From a virus, in IMG/VR virus record IMGVR_UViG_3300025117_000049, positions 1 to 64,000 of that record: a stretch of DNA of 64,000 bases. One strand, given 5' to 3'. Below the pieces are notes generated by a model, which was not told the origin of the DNA, searched no databases, and saw only the letters and a program-made list of their open reading frames with translations. Positions 28,439-36,976 of this stretch are shown here, in pieces (position 1 is the first letter of the stretch; each line of letters starts with the position of its first letter). Both the position numbers and the translations under genes were made by a program.

Positions 28439-28633
28439 CTATTCGTAGGCGATTCTGATGGGCTTGACCTTCACTGGTCGCTCGGTCCATTGGCACCCTT
28501 GGCATTCCGGATCGGTCTTGCCCCAGCATGCGGCTGGTGGCAAAATGACCTTTTCGTTTTTCATTGGGCACCGGTGGGTATAAACTGGCGGTGGATTTTT
28601 TTCACCTTGGCCTTTTTTAAATGTCTTGCTCAT
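28439..28633 (-). CDS. small Cys-containing protein
   Basis: AAGGAG RBS; ends IRIAYE. Confidence 0.55.
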   Translation of the reverse strand: MSKTFKKGQGEKNPPPVYTHRCPMKNEKVILPPAACWGKTDPECQGCQWTERPVKVKPIRIAYE

Positions 28634-28812
28634 GGCCTGACTCCTTTAGTGGGGCAGATACGGACATGGGCATCCTTGAGGGTCTGTGCCGGCAGCAGAT
28701 AGTGGAGGATTGGGTTGGTGCAGCGGCCGTGGTCTGGCCAGTAGTTGGCGCATTGTCCGGGCTTGATGGGGTCTGGGTGAAAGCCGTTCTTTTCCTTGTA
28801 ATGGTCGATCAT
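28630..28812 (-). CDS. small hypothetical protein
   Basis: AAGGAG RBS. Confidence 0.55.
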   Translation of the reverse strand: MIDHYKEKNGFHPDPIKPGQCANYWPDHGRCTNPILHYLLPAQTLKDAHVRICPTKGVRP

Positions 28813-28824
28813 GTGGGTTCTCCT

Positions 28825-29352
28825 TTACGACTTATTGATTTCATCCAACAGCAGATTCCCGACCCGGTCAAGCTCTTGCTTGGTATGGGCCACCCCGGAG
28901 TTCAGATCCAGGTACCACTGCAATACTTCAGCCCGGGTAGGCAGGTTAGCTACATGGAAATTGAAGTGTAGGCCATAAACGAATCTCTTGTCTTCGTATT
29001 CGGAAAAAAGATGACCATATGCAGGAATTTCATTGTGAAGGAAGGCCAGTACAGCGGTGATACGCTGCAGGCCGTCAACCAATTCCATGGGACCGCGATA
29101 ATCGTTCATCCAGCCGGGGCAATTGAAGAATATGTCCAGGCCAGACTCACCGCCGCGGATAATGAATTCCACATAGGCAATCTGCTGTTCCTTGGTCCAT
29201 ACATGTCCACGCTGAAAATCAGGGTTAAGATCGAATTTAGTGCCGCTGCTTTTCTCAGAATAACTTTTAAGCTGTTCCTCCAGGTAATCCCAGGAGACGT
29301 GAACATTGTAATGGGTCTTGCTCATTTGCTTGATGTCTTTGAATCTTGCCAT
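28825..29352 (-). CDS. DUF262 (ParB-like) domain protein
   Basis: PDFQRGHVWT and VDGLQR motifs; AAGGAG RBS before the ATG at 29352. Confidence 0.85.
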   Translation of the reverse strand: MARFKDIKQMSKTHYNVHVSWDYLEEQLKSYSEKSSGTKFDLNPDFQRGHVWTKEQQIAYVEFIIRGGESGLDIFFNCPGWMNDYRGPMELVDGLQRITAVLAFLHNEIPAYGHLFSEYEDKRFVYGLHFNFHVANLPTRAEVLQWYLDLNSGVAHTKQELDRVGNLLLDEINKS

Positions 29353-29385
29353 AGCCAGCTCCTTTATGGTTTGGATTTTTGGCTT

Positions 29386-29459
29386 CCTGCAACCATGGCT
29401 GCCTATCAGAGCAGCCAGAGGGTTTCGGCCGTAACCCATCCGGCTCTCATTCAGGCAGG
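29386..29459 (-). ncRNA. hammerhead ribozyme (type I, variant core)
   Basis: CCUGC-CUGAAUGA-G(A)GCCG/CGGCC-GAAA-CC..GG-UU-GCAGG. Confidence 0.65.
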
Positions 29460-29798
29460 GATTTCGCTCATGATGGTATTAGCCACTTTTTGCGCTTCAT
29501 CATATCTGAAAAACTGGCGATTGCAGTAGATTTTATCAGTCATGTCTTGAAGGATAGGCGGATTAAGCTGGTAATCAGATTTGCTGTCTTGAATCCTATC
29601 CAGGAACAGCTGATCAGAGTTGCGGTGCTTTCCGAATACCCAAGTCTTTTTGCCAACGGACAGGCAAATGCCCCGCTCTCGGCCATTGTAGAATGGAGAC
29701 CAATGGACCGGACGGCCAGTAGAGAAATGGATTAGTTTGGCAATGGCAAATGCTTGAGGGTGAATGCCAAATGTCTTATCTAATTTATGTTTTTTCAT
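29451..29798 (-). CDS. hypothetical phage protein
   Basis: FYNGRERG...FGKHRNSD; the stop codon lies in the ribozyme core. Confidence 0.7.
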   Translation of the reverse strand: MKKHKLDKTFGIHPQAFAIAKLIHFSTGRPVHWSPFYNGRERGICLSVGKKTWVFGKHRNSDQLFLDRIQDSKSDYQLNPPILQDMTDKIYCNRQFFRYDEAQKVANTIMSEIPA

Positions 29799-29810
29799 AA
29801 TCCTCTCCCT

Positions 29811-30167
29811 TTAATGGATGGCCTTATCCAGGCAGTTGATATTCTGTTCGGTTTCGGCCCGCTCCAATACCTGATTGCACTTGTCGACCGTGGCCTGGAG
29901 CCGGGCTTCCCACATTTCCATGTTCCGGTAGATCGTATCGGTGATGCTGATTGAATTTGATGCTGTCCTCCCACTTCTGACAGCCCCGGCCTTGCCTACG
30001 AAATAGTAGTTGGGGTTGTTCCCGGTCGGAATGAACTGGCGGTATCGGGACTTGGAGGGAATTTCTTGCATTTTGCGAGCCTCCACCAAATAACGAACCA
30101 CCCTATCGGTTAGGGTCTTGGGCTGCCCCTTCTTGGGGCCGGCCTTGAATACCTGGTATTTGTTCAT
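29811..30167 (-). CDS. hypothetical phage protein
   Basis: YYFVGKAGAVRSGR. Confidence 0.65.
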   Translation of the reverse strand: MNKYQVFKAGPKKGQPKTLTDRVVRYLVEARKMQEIPSKSRYRQFIPTGNNPNYYFVGKAGAVRSGRTASNSISITDTIYRNMEMWEARLQATVDKCNQVLERAETEQNINCLDKAIH

Positions 30168-30427
30168 GATTGTTCTCCCCTACCATGGGTATGATTCTTA
30201 CTCTGTTCTGATACCCAGGATTCAAGATGGTCCTTGACAAATTCAAGAACTACTTCGCCAAGCTCGCTCGGAGCCTTGCCAAATACACAATCTGGACAGC
30301 GGCGAGAATTCTCGCAGCGGCGAGTGGCTGGCTGAAAACCTCCGAATCTAGATCCGGTGACCCAACCAGTCCCTCCGCAAACTTCACATTCCTTTTCAAG
30401 AAGGCTCTTGAGTTGTTCGGGCTTCAT
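30164..30427 (-). CDS. small zinc-finger protein
   Basis: CEVCGGTG...CPDC. Confidence 0.65.
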   Translation of the reverse strand: MKPEQLKSLLEKECEVCGGTGWVTGSRFGGFQPATRRCENSRRCPDCVFGKAPSELGEVVLEFVKDHLESWVSEQSKNHTHGRGEQS

Positions 30428-30455
30428 TTTCCTGCTCCTTTGATATTGGATTTTT

Positions 30456-30506
30456 CCTGCGACGGAGCCTGTAATGGCTCCGTTCCGCCCCTTTGCGTCA
30501 GGCAGG
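30456..30506 (-). ncRNA. hammerhead-like RNA (degenerate or minimal stem II)
   Basis: CCUGC-CUGACGC-AAAGGGGC-GGAA-CGGAGCC/GGCUCCG-UC-GCAGG. Confidence 0.45.
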
Positions 30507-30531
30507 TCACCTTGCGGTGGTGGGCTGGGTT

Positions 30532-31221
30532 TTAAAGAATGGCCTTGGCCAACTCGACCACATTGACTTTCTTATCCAGGATTTCCTGCATGGTTGCCTT
30601 GATTTCGGCCTTGGTGCTGAACCAATGACCGACTCTGCCGATTATGCTGAATGACCCTCTAGCATTATCAGCCCAGGCTTCAATCATCCTGGCAGCCATC
30701 AGATTGGAAGTTTAGGAAGTACTACTGGGTATGCTCGATGCCAGGCCGATGGCTTGCTTGGTCATATGCTTTTCCATTTCTGACCAGAACCCTGGGTCAT
30801 CCCAATTCTCCGGCTGGTTAAGCCAACCACGGACAGTCTGGAGGACTTTTGCCTTAGCGGCATCTTTGAAGGCCCCCTCGCCCCAGGAAAGATAATGTTC
30901 GGGACTTTCTTTGACCTTGTCGGCCCATTCGGCAATCCAGTCCATCAGCGACTTGATTTCCTCGTCGATGATATCCAGGGGCATACGTTCTGCCAGGTAG
31001 ATCAAGGTCTGATTGCGGTTGTATTCGGCCTCTTTTTCTAGGAGGCTTTCGGCGATTGCCATGGCACCGGAGTTTTGCTGCTTGTAGGCTTTCACAAATG
31101 GCCTGGCATTTTCTTCGTTTGACAAGGGAACATAGCCGACTTTCTCGGCTAACTTACTGATCTTGTCGGCGGCCTCTTTCTGCGTCTTGCTTTCGGAAAT
31201 GATTTTTTCGATGCTATTCAT
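30532..31221 (-). pseudogene. hypothetical protein with in-frame TAA at 30712-30714
   Basis: The frame continues 59 codons past the stop: SSTS*TSNLMAARMIEAWAD...AKAIL. Confidence 0.55.
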
Positions 31222-31253
31222 CTTCCAGCTCCTTTAAAGGTTTATTTTTGGCT

Positions 31254-31308
31254 CCTGCTAACCCGGTTTCCCGGGCTTTCATCGGTGCCACCCGAATCAT
31301 CAGGCAGG
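31254..31308 (-). ncRNA. hammerhead ribozyme (type I, canonical core)
   Basis: CCUGC-CUGAUGA-UUCGG(GUGGCA)CCGAU-GAAA-GCCCGG(GAAA)CCGGGU-UA-GCAGG; loop-II UGGC can pair with the downstream GCCA. Confidence 0.85.
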
Positions 31309-31545
31309 GGTTAATTCGATGCTAAATCTTGAAAGGTATTCAACAGAAGGATTCTTGCCCCAACATTTTTGGCAGAGATTCTCTTTCTTAACAGGCCCGC
31401 GATAAAGATTGAAATGATTGATTCTCCAGGAGGAATCATTGCAGGCAGCAGAATGGTTTCCAAAACAGCGATGGACTTTACCTCCGAAAGGGGTTAGTCC
31501 GGCAAAATCATGAAGAAAGCAATATTCACCTTGTGGAGTAGCCAT
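31300..31545 (-). CDS. small Cys-containing protein
   Basis: GGAGG RBS; ends PA-stop inside the ribozyme. Confidence 0.6.
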   Translation of the reverse strand: MATPQGEYCFLHDFAGLTPFGGKVHRCFGNHSAACNDSSWRINHFNLYRGPVKKENLCQKCWGKNPSVEYLSRFSIELTPA

Positions 31546-31549
31546 CTTT

Positions 31550-31822
31550 CTACCTCCCGACCAGCTTGGCCATTTCGTTTTTGACCCGGTCTATCTCTGC
31601 TTGGGCTTTACCCAGCTCTCGATCCAAGAACATCATCTTTTCTGCCCTGGGCAGCATGTCCTCGATGACCGTCATGCCGAAGTCCAAATACAACTTGGCA
31701 ATCTGGCCCTTGCCGCCCACGTCCTTGATGGCAGGATGGAAGTTGTAGACTGTTTGGATAATGTTGTGCTCCTTATCAGATACTTCTTTTCCAACCAGCT
31801 CGTTAAATTCTTGAGGCGTCAT
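31550..31822 (-). CDS. hypothetical phage protein
   Basis: IQTVYNFHPAI...GKGQIAKLY...DMLPRA. Confidence 0.7.
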   Translation of the reverse strand: MTPQEFNELVGKEVSDKEHNIIQTVYNFHPAIKDVGGKGQIAKLYLDFGMTVIEDMLPRAEKMMFLDRELGKAQAEIDRVKNEMAKLVGR

Positions 31823-31833
31823 GACCAGCTCCT

Positions 31834-32106
31834 TTATTGATTTTCTTCGATGATTTTGCTGTTCTGGATAATGGCAAAATACAATGAAGGGCCAAGTTCG
31901 CCATCATCAAAAAGCTCATAGACTACGACTTTGGCTTTCCTTTTCATTGATTTTGCCGCTATGATTGCAGTGTTAATCGCTTCGGCCAAGGCAAAAGACC
32001 TTTCCAGTAAAAGATATTCAGATGTATATGTTTCAGTTGGATAATCTTCACCGTTTTCATAAATCCTTAATTCTGTCAAGAATCTCATAACCAACTCCTT
32101 TATCAT
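31834..32106 (-). CDS. hypothetical protein (first gene of the early operon)
   Basis: AAGGAG RBS suggests a start near 32088. Confidence 0.55.
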   Translation of the reverse strand: MIKELVMRFLTELRIYENGEDYPTETYTSEYLLLERSFALAEAINTAIIAAKSMKRKAKVVVYELFDDGELGPSLYFAIIQNSKIIEENQ

Positions 32107-32107
32107 T

Positions 32108-32172
32108 TATTTTGGTCTTCCCGGGAACCGATAATCATCTAAGGTTATCGGTTCCATTACAAGATCAAAATA
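32108..32172 (-). other. long interrupted hairpin (RNase III-like)
   Basis: TATTTTGGTCTT/AAGATCAAAATA outer stem and GGAACCGATAA/TTATCGGTTCC inner stem. Confidence 0.55.
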
Positions 32173-32494
32173 TGATTTTTTCCCTGCTGGCCAAACCCGG
32201 CCCCGGCACTTATTTTCATCTCTTTTGAATTGTTAATCAGCTTAGTTTTCGGTCTCTCTCCTACCCCGTTGTTGGTGTTGAACCCTTATCGGGGGTGACC
32301 TCCCGGTTGCGCTTACTACCCGGTGCGTCAATTTAAGCCTTTAGGTGGCCTGAACCCTGTCTTCCCGTTTCAGGAGTTCATGGGGTGGTCCGTGTTGTGG
32401 GTTTGCCCCTCGGCCTCTCCAACCGCCCCGCCAGGTTCGTCCCGGCTTTTCATTTGGTCTTGCTTGGTTCCTCCTTAACCTTTTATTACCTATA

Positions 32495-32522
32495 ATTATA
32501 AGCCTTTTTATTAAGAAGTCAA
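32495..32522 (-). promoter_or_regulatory. sigma70-type early promoter
   Basis: TTGACT-N16-TATAAT with an AT-rich upstream element, at the head of the minus-strand early operon. Confidence 0.75.
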
Positions 32523-32646
32523 GCGTTTTAATTATTTATTTTCAATTATTTTTTGGTTAGGCAAAATCACTAACCTATTATAATCATTGGATAAACAGGA
32601 ATTGCCTAAAAATCAGGTAAAAATAATTTTGGTCCAGGGCTATTTT

Positions 32647-33141
32647 TTATCGTTTTCTGCACCCAAAACCAGCTCTATGCATCAGATCGGCACGGACTTC
32701 CTCAGATGGTCCCCATCCCCCACATTTCCGGCACCGCCTCCATCCAACATGCCCACAAGCCCTTAATACCCGTTGCCGCTTTTTAATCAATTCCATGTGC
32801 GGCCGGTCCTGACAGACAACAAGATTCCCATGATCAAGGTTGGTCCGGTTCCCATCCAGGAAGAACACAGACCACCTGGGCGGTTCCAGCAGACAATACC
32901 CCAGGGCCATTTCGGCCACGGCCATCTCAGATGGTATGTAAACGGTGCCAGCCCGGACGGCCCATGGATGACCTGGAGCATAGGTGCGGCCCCTGTTAGA
33001 ACCAGGCTCACCAGCTGTTACACCACCTTTCCAATGGTTGGCCTCGGCCCTGGTCTTTCCCCGCCAGTAATGTCCCCGCCGCCAGTGCGACCCGGTCCTG
33101 ACTGCCTCACCACAGCCGCATTCACAGGTTTTGATGATCAT
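32647..33141 (-). CDS. degenerate HNH endonuclease-like protein
   Basis: CECGCG, NHWKGG, PGHP, VFFLDGNRTN...NL (His residues replaced). Confidence 0.6.
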   Translation of the reverse strand: MIIKTCECGCGEAVRTGSHWRRGHYWRGKTRAEANHWKGGVTAGEPGSNRGRTYAPGHPWAVRAGTVYIPSEMAVAEMALGYCLLEPPRWSVFFLDGNRTNLDHGNLVVCQDRPHMELIKKRQRVLRACGHVGWRRCRKCGGWGPSEEVRADLMHRAGFGCRKR

Positions 33142-33606
33142 TCATTGTCCCTTATGGATTAACCGCAGGGCCTCGTCGTCAGAGATATCCTCTACGGCTT
33201 CATAGAATCTCTGGGCTGCTCCGTGACCACAAGGCAAAGTCATGACCGGATTAGCCAGAGAAAAAGGCACAAAATCATAGTAGGCCACTCGCCCACATAT
33301 ACGGCATTTTACCCATTGTCTTTTAAAACCTGATAATACTGGTGGGAATCCCATATCTGATATTTCTGAGATTTCTACCCTATCTCCAGCCGGCCCCTCC
33401 AGGGCGTTCTGCTCATTGGCAAACCCGCACCGGTCACAGCCATCTCCTGGAAGCAGATACCGCCAATCCTCCTTGCAGGCACACTTTAGCAACCGGAAAT
33501 AATGTAAATGACAGTAGAGCCTGCCGTTGGCGATGTCCATGCCCGGCTCGTCACATCCGGCTGCCGAGCATGGCCCTAATGCATCAGCCCATCTTTTCTT
33601 GCTCAT
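33142..33606 (-). CDS. Cys-rich hypothetical protein
   Basis: GGAGG RBS, several CxxC. Confidence 0.55.
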   Translation of the reverse strand: MSKKRWADALGPCSAAGCDEPGMDIANGRLYCHLHYFRLLKCACKEDWRYLLPGDGCDRCGFANEQNALEGPAGDRVEISEISDMGFPPVLSGFKRQWVKCRICGRVAYYDFVPFSLANPVMTLPCGHGAAQRFYEAVEDISDDEALRLIHKGQ

Positions 33607-33710
33607 AGAACTCCCTCCTTATGCCCTTATTATAGCCCATTCTGCATCATATCTAAAATAATTAATTATTTATTTTGGCCCAGAATTTGTATTCTGGCCA
33701 AAAATTAATA

Positions 33711-33740
33711 TTAGGGGTTTAGTCAGAATTAATTTATAAT
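33711..33740 (+). promoter_or_regulatory. phage-specific promoter motif
   Basis: TTAGGGGTTT-N10-AATTTATAAT upstream of terS. Confidence 0.7.
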
Positions 33741-33788
33741 AAATTTCAACCAGAATTAATTATTGATGAACTATAATGGAACAGACCC

Positions 33789-34667
33789 ATGAGCAAGATA
33801 CCCTATATGGAAGAACCAAAGAAACGTGGCCGCAAGCCCGGCAGCAAGAACAAACCAGGCCATAATGCGGGCAGACCCAGAAACGGTAACGGCAACGGAA
33901 GATCATATGGGGCGGTGGCGCCTAAGCAAAGTAACTCCTTGTCCAGGCAGAAATTACCCCCTACAACCGATTCTAAGCCTGTGTACGCCAATGATATGCC
34001 TAAGCCTGGCCCTATCCCAGGTAACCCCTTATCCCATCCTGTCCGGGTGGCATACGACACCCCTATGCCTCCGCAGCCTCCAGGCCAAGCCCCTCCCCCA
34101 CAAGCCCCTGCTGGAGGCAATGGCAGTGGTAACGGTAATGTCCGCAAGCCCAGGATATGTGACAATCCGTTACCCAACCTGCCAGCCAAGGCGCTGCCGG
34201 CACCACCAGCTGGCTATAAGGTGATGGAGGCAGTAGCCCAGGCCGGATTGAATCCAGATTTGATCACTCCCGAGGAATTGCTCCAGGAGATAAAATACTT
34301 GTCCCTTAGTGACATAGCCGACTGGCCTGATTGTCCTGAATCATTCAAGGCCGCCCCGGTTGGGTTTCGCAGATCCATATCATCCCTGCAAGTGACCAAG
34401 ACTGTGCATACATCCAAGGACGGGGCTATCACCGAAACTGAACAAACCAAATTCACCTTGTGGAGCAAGCCCACTGCCCATGACCAGCTTATGAAATGGC
34501 ACGGCCTCTATGCCAAAGACAAGACCCCGATCAACGCCCAGTTCAATCAATACAACCAGATGAACATTAGTGGCTGGGACCTGTCGAAACTGGGTGAGGA
34601 CGAGATAGAGTTATTGCTGGACTTGAAGCGTCGGGCCGTCCTTGACCTGGAGGCACAGGCCAGTTAA
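33789..34667 (+). CDS. terS: terminase small subunit with Pro-rich/AT-hook N-extension
   Basis: EELLQEIKYLSLSDI...ISSLQV...KFTLWSK..A..QLMKWHGLY pattern; first late gene. Confidence 0.7.
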   Translation: MSKIPYMEEPKKRGRKPGSKNKPGHNAGRPRNGNGNGRSYGAVAPKQSNSLSRQKLPPTTDSKPVYANDMPKPGPIPGNPLSHPVRVAYDTPMPPQPPGQAPPPQAPAGGNGSGNGNVRKPRICDNPLPNLPAKALPAPPAGYKVMEAVAQAGLNPDLITPEELLQEIKYLSLSDIADWPDCPESFKAAPVGFRRSISSLQVTKTVHTSKDGAITETEQTKFTLWSKPTAHDQLMKWHGLYAKDKTPINAQFNQYNQMNISGWDLSKLGEDEIELLLDLKRRAVLDLEAQAS

Positions 34668-34711
34668 GGCCAGGCGGCCTATAATAAAGCATAGGTGGAA
34701 GGAGATAAACC

Positions 34712-34951
34712 ATGAAAAACGAATGGGTCATTTGTCCTAATTGTAAAGAACCTATAGTCCTTGAAGATAAAAGCCATTTTATATCTCAGGCATCTATGGT
34801 GAAGTTGGAAGAAAGTGGCATTGCGGAAAAAGTTTATTACAAAGAAACCCCAGAACTTTTTTCTTATTCCGTAGCTGGAATAATTCACGTCTGGAATGGC
34901 CGCAACTGGCGCAAGACCACTCAAAAATTTGATCCAGAAAGATATATTTGA
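34712..34951 (+). CDS. hypothetical protein
   Basis: AAGGAG RBS; CPNC. Confidence 0.55.
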   Translation: MKNEWVICPNCKEPIVLEDKSHFISQASMVKLEESGIAEKVYYKETPELFSYSVAGIIHVWNGRNWRKTTQKFDPERYI

Positions 34952-34966
34952 TGAAAAGGGAACAAT

Positions 34967-35281
34967 ATGAAAATTGGTGTTTGTTATAGAGGGGAGGTCG
35001 GCGGTTTTATCACTGCCGAAGATTACGATGAAGCCATCAATAATCTTATGGAAGCTAAGAAGCAACTTAAACCGGATGGAAACTCCTGTCTGATTTGTGG
35101 TGCTAGTTGCCATCAAGCATGGGAGTGCCATCATAACCCCCTGGTGATGGCACGCAGGACTGCAAAGGAATTGGCAACCTACAGGTGTTTCTATTGTGGT
35201 CAATCCTTTACCGACCTTAATGATGCAAAAGAGCATTTTGGCTCACGAGGCGAAAGAGAACGTCCGGCTTGTGAAGGTTAA
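34967..35281 (+). CDS. Cys/His-rich hypothetical protein
   Basis: CLIC...HHNPL...CFYC...HFG. Confidence 0.6.
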   Translation: MKIGVCYRGEVGGFITAEDYDEAINNLMEAKKQLKPDGNSCLICGASCHQAWECHHNPLVMARRTAKELATYRCFYCGQSFTDLNDAKEHFGSRGERERPACEG

Positions 35282-35534
35282 TCGACTCCCGGCACCTCCA
35301 CCAATTTTCAGGAGACCAAATCATGTCTTTATTTTACTGGATTATTGCTGGCGCAGGATTTTTGGTGGGATTTATTGTCTACTGTCTTTGTATTATATCT
35401 AGCCGTTGTTCTAGGCAAGAGGAAGCCCTGGAGCAGCGGTTGTTGGATAATGGACTGTGAAACGGAGGAACAATGAATAATCGTGATATTAACTCAGGGT
35501 TGGCGCCCCCGGCTGCCTACTGCTGAAAGCCGTT

Positions 35535-36020
35535 TTGCTTTGCGCCTTATTCACTGCTTCAATTTTAGTTCCAGTCCCGGCCAGCCAACCCACCCCTGCA
35601 GTCAGCTACATTGGCCCGCACTCAGGGGTGAAGCGCCCGGACTGGATCACCTTTACTGCCGCTATGGCAAAGCATTATCAGGTCAGGCCAGAGTTTGCTC
35701 TGGGAGTGGCCTTCGCCGAATCGAGCAAGGGTCGGGCTGATTTCAGGTTTGGCCGCGTGGGCAGATACTGGCTCCCCTGGGGAATTCACAACTATGTGGT
35801 CAAGGAGCGTGGGTGGCCAGTCTGGGATATCTACGTACAGACCGAGGTGGCCATTCGGGCGCTGTCTGATCATATGGCCAGGGCCAAGCGCAGGCACCCT
35901 GGAATATCTACTAGCAGGGCTGAGGAATTGGCCTTGCGCAAATACAATGCTTCATTCAATTCTGGCTATCTCAGGCGGGTCCGAGAGGGCGAACGCAGGT
36001 TTAGGAGTATGGTGAAATGA
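35535..36020 (+). CDS. lytic transglycosylase (SLT-like), putative endolysin
   Basis: ALGVAFAESS, ALRKYN; hydrophobic N-terminus; start uncertain. Confidence 0.6.
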   Translation: MLCALFTASILVPVPASQPTPAVSYIGPHSGVKRPDWITFTAAMAKHYQVRPEFALGVAFAESSKGRADFRFGRVGRYWLPWGIHNYVVKERGWPVWDIYVQTEVAIRALSDHMARAKRRHPGISTSRAEELALRKYNASFNSGYLRRVREGERRFRSMVK

Positions 36021-36235
36021 AGGTTATTTTTGATAATCTCCGTGAATTTAACTTGGCCAGGGACAGTTTTCTGTCTCAGGAACTGTTTATGGCTAAAATA
36101 ACGAGGCTGGATTTTTCCAGGGATTTTGACCATCCTAATGAATTTAATGCAACCGGGGAAATGACTCCAGCTGATCAGAGGGCTGCAGAACAAATTATTA
36201 AGGATGATGCTTCTCCCATAGGTTCTGATTGGTAA
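36017..36235 (+). CDS. hypothetical protein
   Basis: Coupled ORF. Confidence 0.5.
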   Translation: MKVIFDNLREFNLARDSFLSQELFMAKITRLDFSRDFDHPNEFNATGEMTPADQRAAEQIIKDDASPIGSDW

Positions 36236-36856
36236 ATGAGCCAAGATCATCCTTATATTCCAGCGACCAGGCCGGCCAGCAAGGAAGAGGCGGTCATGCT
36301 CTATGGCCCGTTTGTCGGTCACTGGGCCAACCATTATATGGCCAATTCCCCAGACGGTCTGCGTAACCTTGATGATCTGGTCCAAGATGGATGGTTGGGA
36401 GTCTTGGCCGCCTGGGATGACTATGATCCGGCTAGGGGCATGACATTCCGCACCTACGCTACATATAAGATTCGCTGGGCCATATTCAATGGCGCTAGGG
36501 AAATGGATAGAAATACAGCCCGTCTGTATGCGCAGAAGGTTCGGGGTACCGACAAGCCGGAGTATTATGCCCTGTTCAATCCTGTCAGACTGGATGACCC
36601 GCGATATGATGCTATGCAGGTTGCAGAGGAAGGCTCCAGTGCCCATGAGCAGACGGCCGCAGACGAATCATTCAGGGTCATGCTCTCCTTCATTCGCAAG
36701 CCCAGGATCAGGTGGGTCCTGGACCAGTATTACCGGGCCTGCCGTACCCTGAATGACATTGGGATTGACCTTGGGGTGTCCAGGGAGCGGGCGCGGCAGT
36801 TGTTGGTCCAGGGCCATGATGCGATCAGGACAAAACTGGAAAGGCAAAGAAAATGA
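36236..36856 (+). CDS. RNA polymerase sigma factor (sigma-70 family)
   Basis: DDLVQDGWLG...YDPARGMTFRTYA; TLNDIGIDLGVSRERARQL. Confidence 0.9.
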   Translation: MSQDHPYIPATRPASKEEAVMLYGPFVGHWANHYMANSPDGLRNLDDLVQDGWLGVLAAWDDYDPARGMTFRTYATYKIRWAIFNGAREMDRNTARLYAQKVRGTDKPEYYALFNPVRLDDPRYDAMQVAEEGSSAHEQTAADESFRVMLSFIRKPRIRWVLDQYYRACRTLNDIGIDLGVSRERARQLLVQGHDAIRTKLERQRK

Positions 36857-36963
36857 TTTTTTATGTTTATTGCCTTCGTAGGCCAGATAAGGCAGACCTA
36901 TTTGATCCAGCTAAAAACCAACCTTTTTACATAGGTAAGGAATCTATCAGGATAGCCTATTAA
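36853..36963 (+). pseudogene. internally deleted relic of the GIY-YIG-like endonuclease family (36 aa)
   Basis: MIFYVYCLRRPDKADLFDPAKNQPFYIGKESIRIAY. Confidence 0.8.
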
Positions 36964-36976
36964 AAAAAGGAAACAA

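Noticed and set aside
15395-31221. Stop-codon reassignment suggested by two in-frame stops
   Set aside because: The two stops differ (TAG, TAA), and all three stop codons terminate well-formed genes elsewhere.
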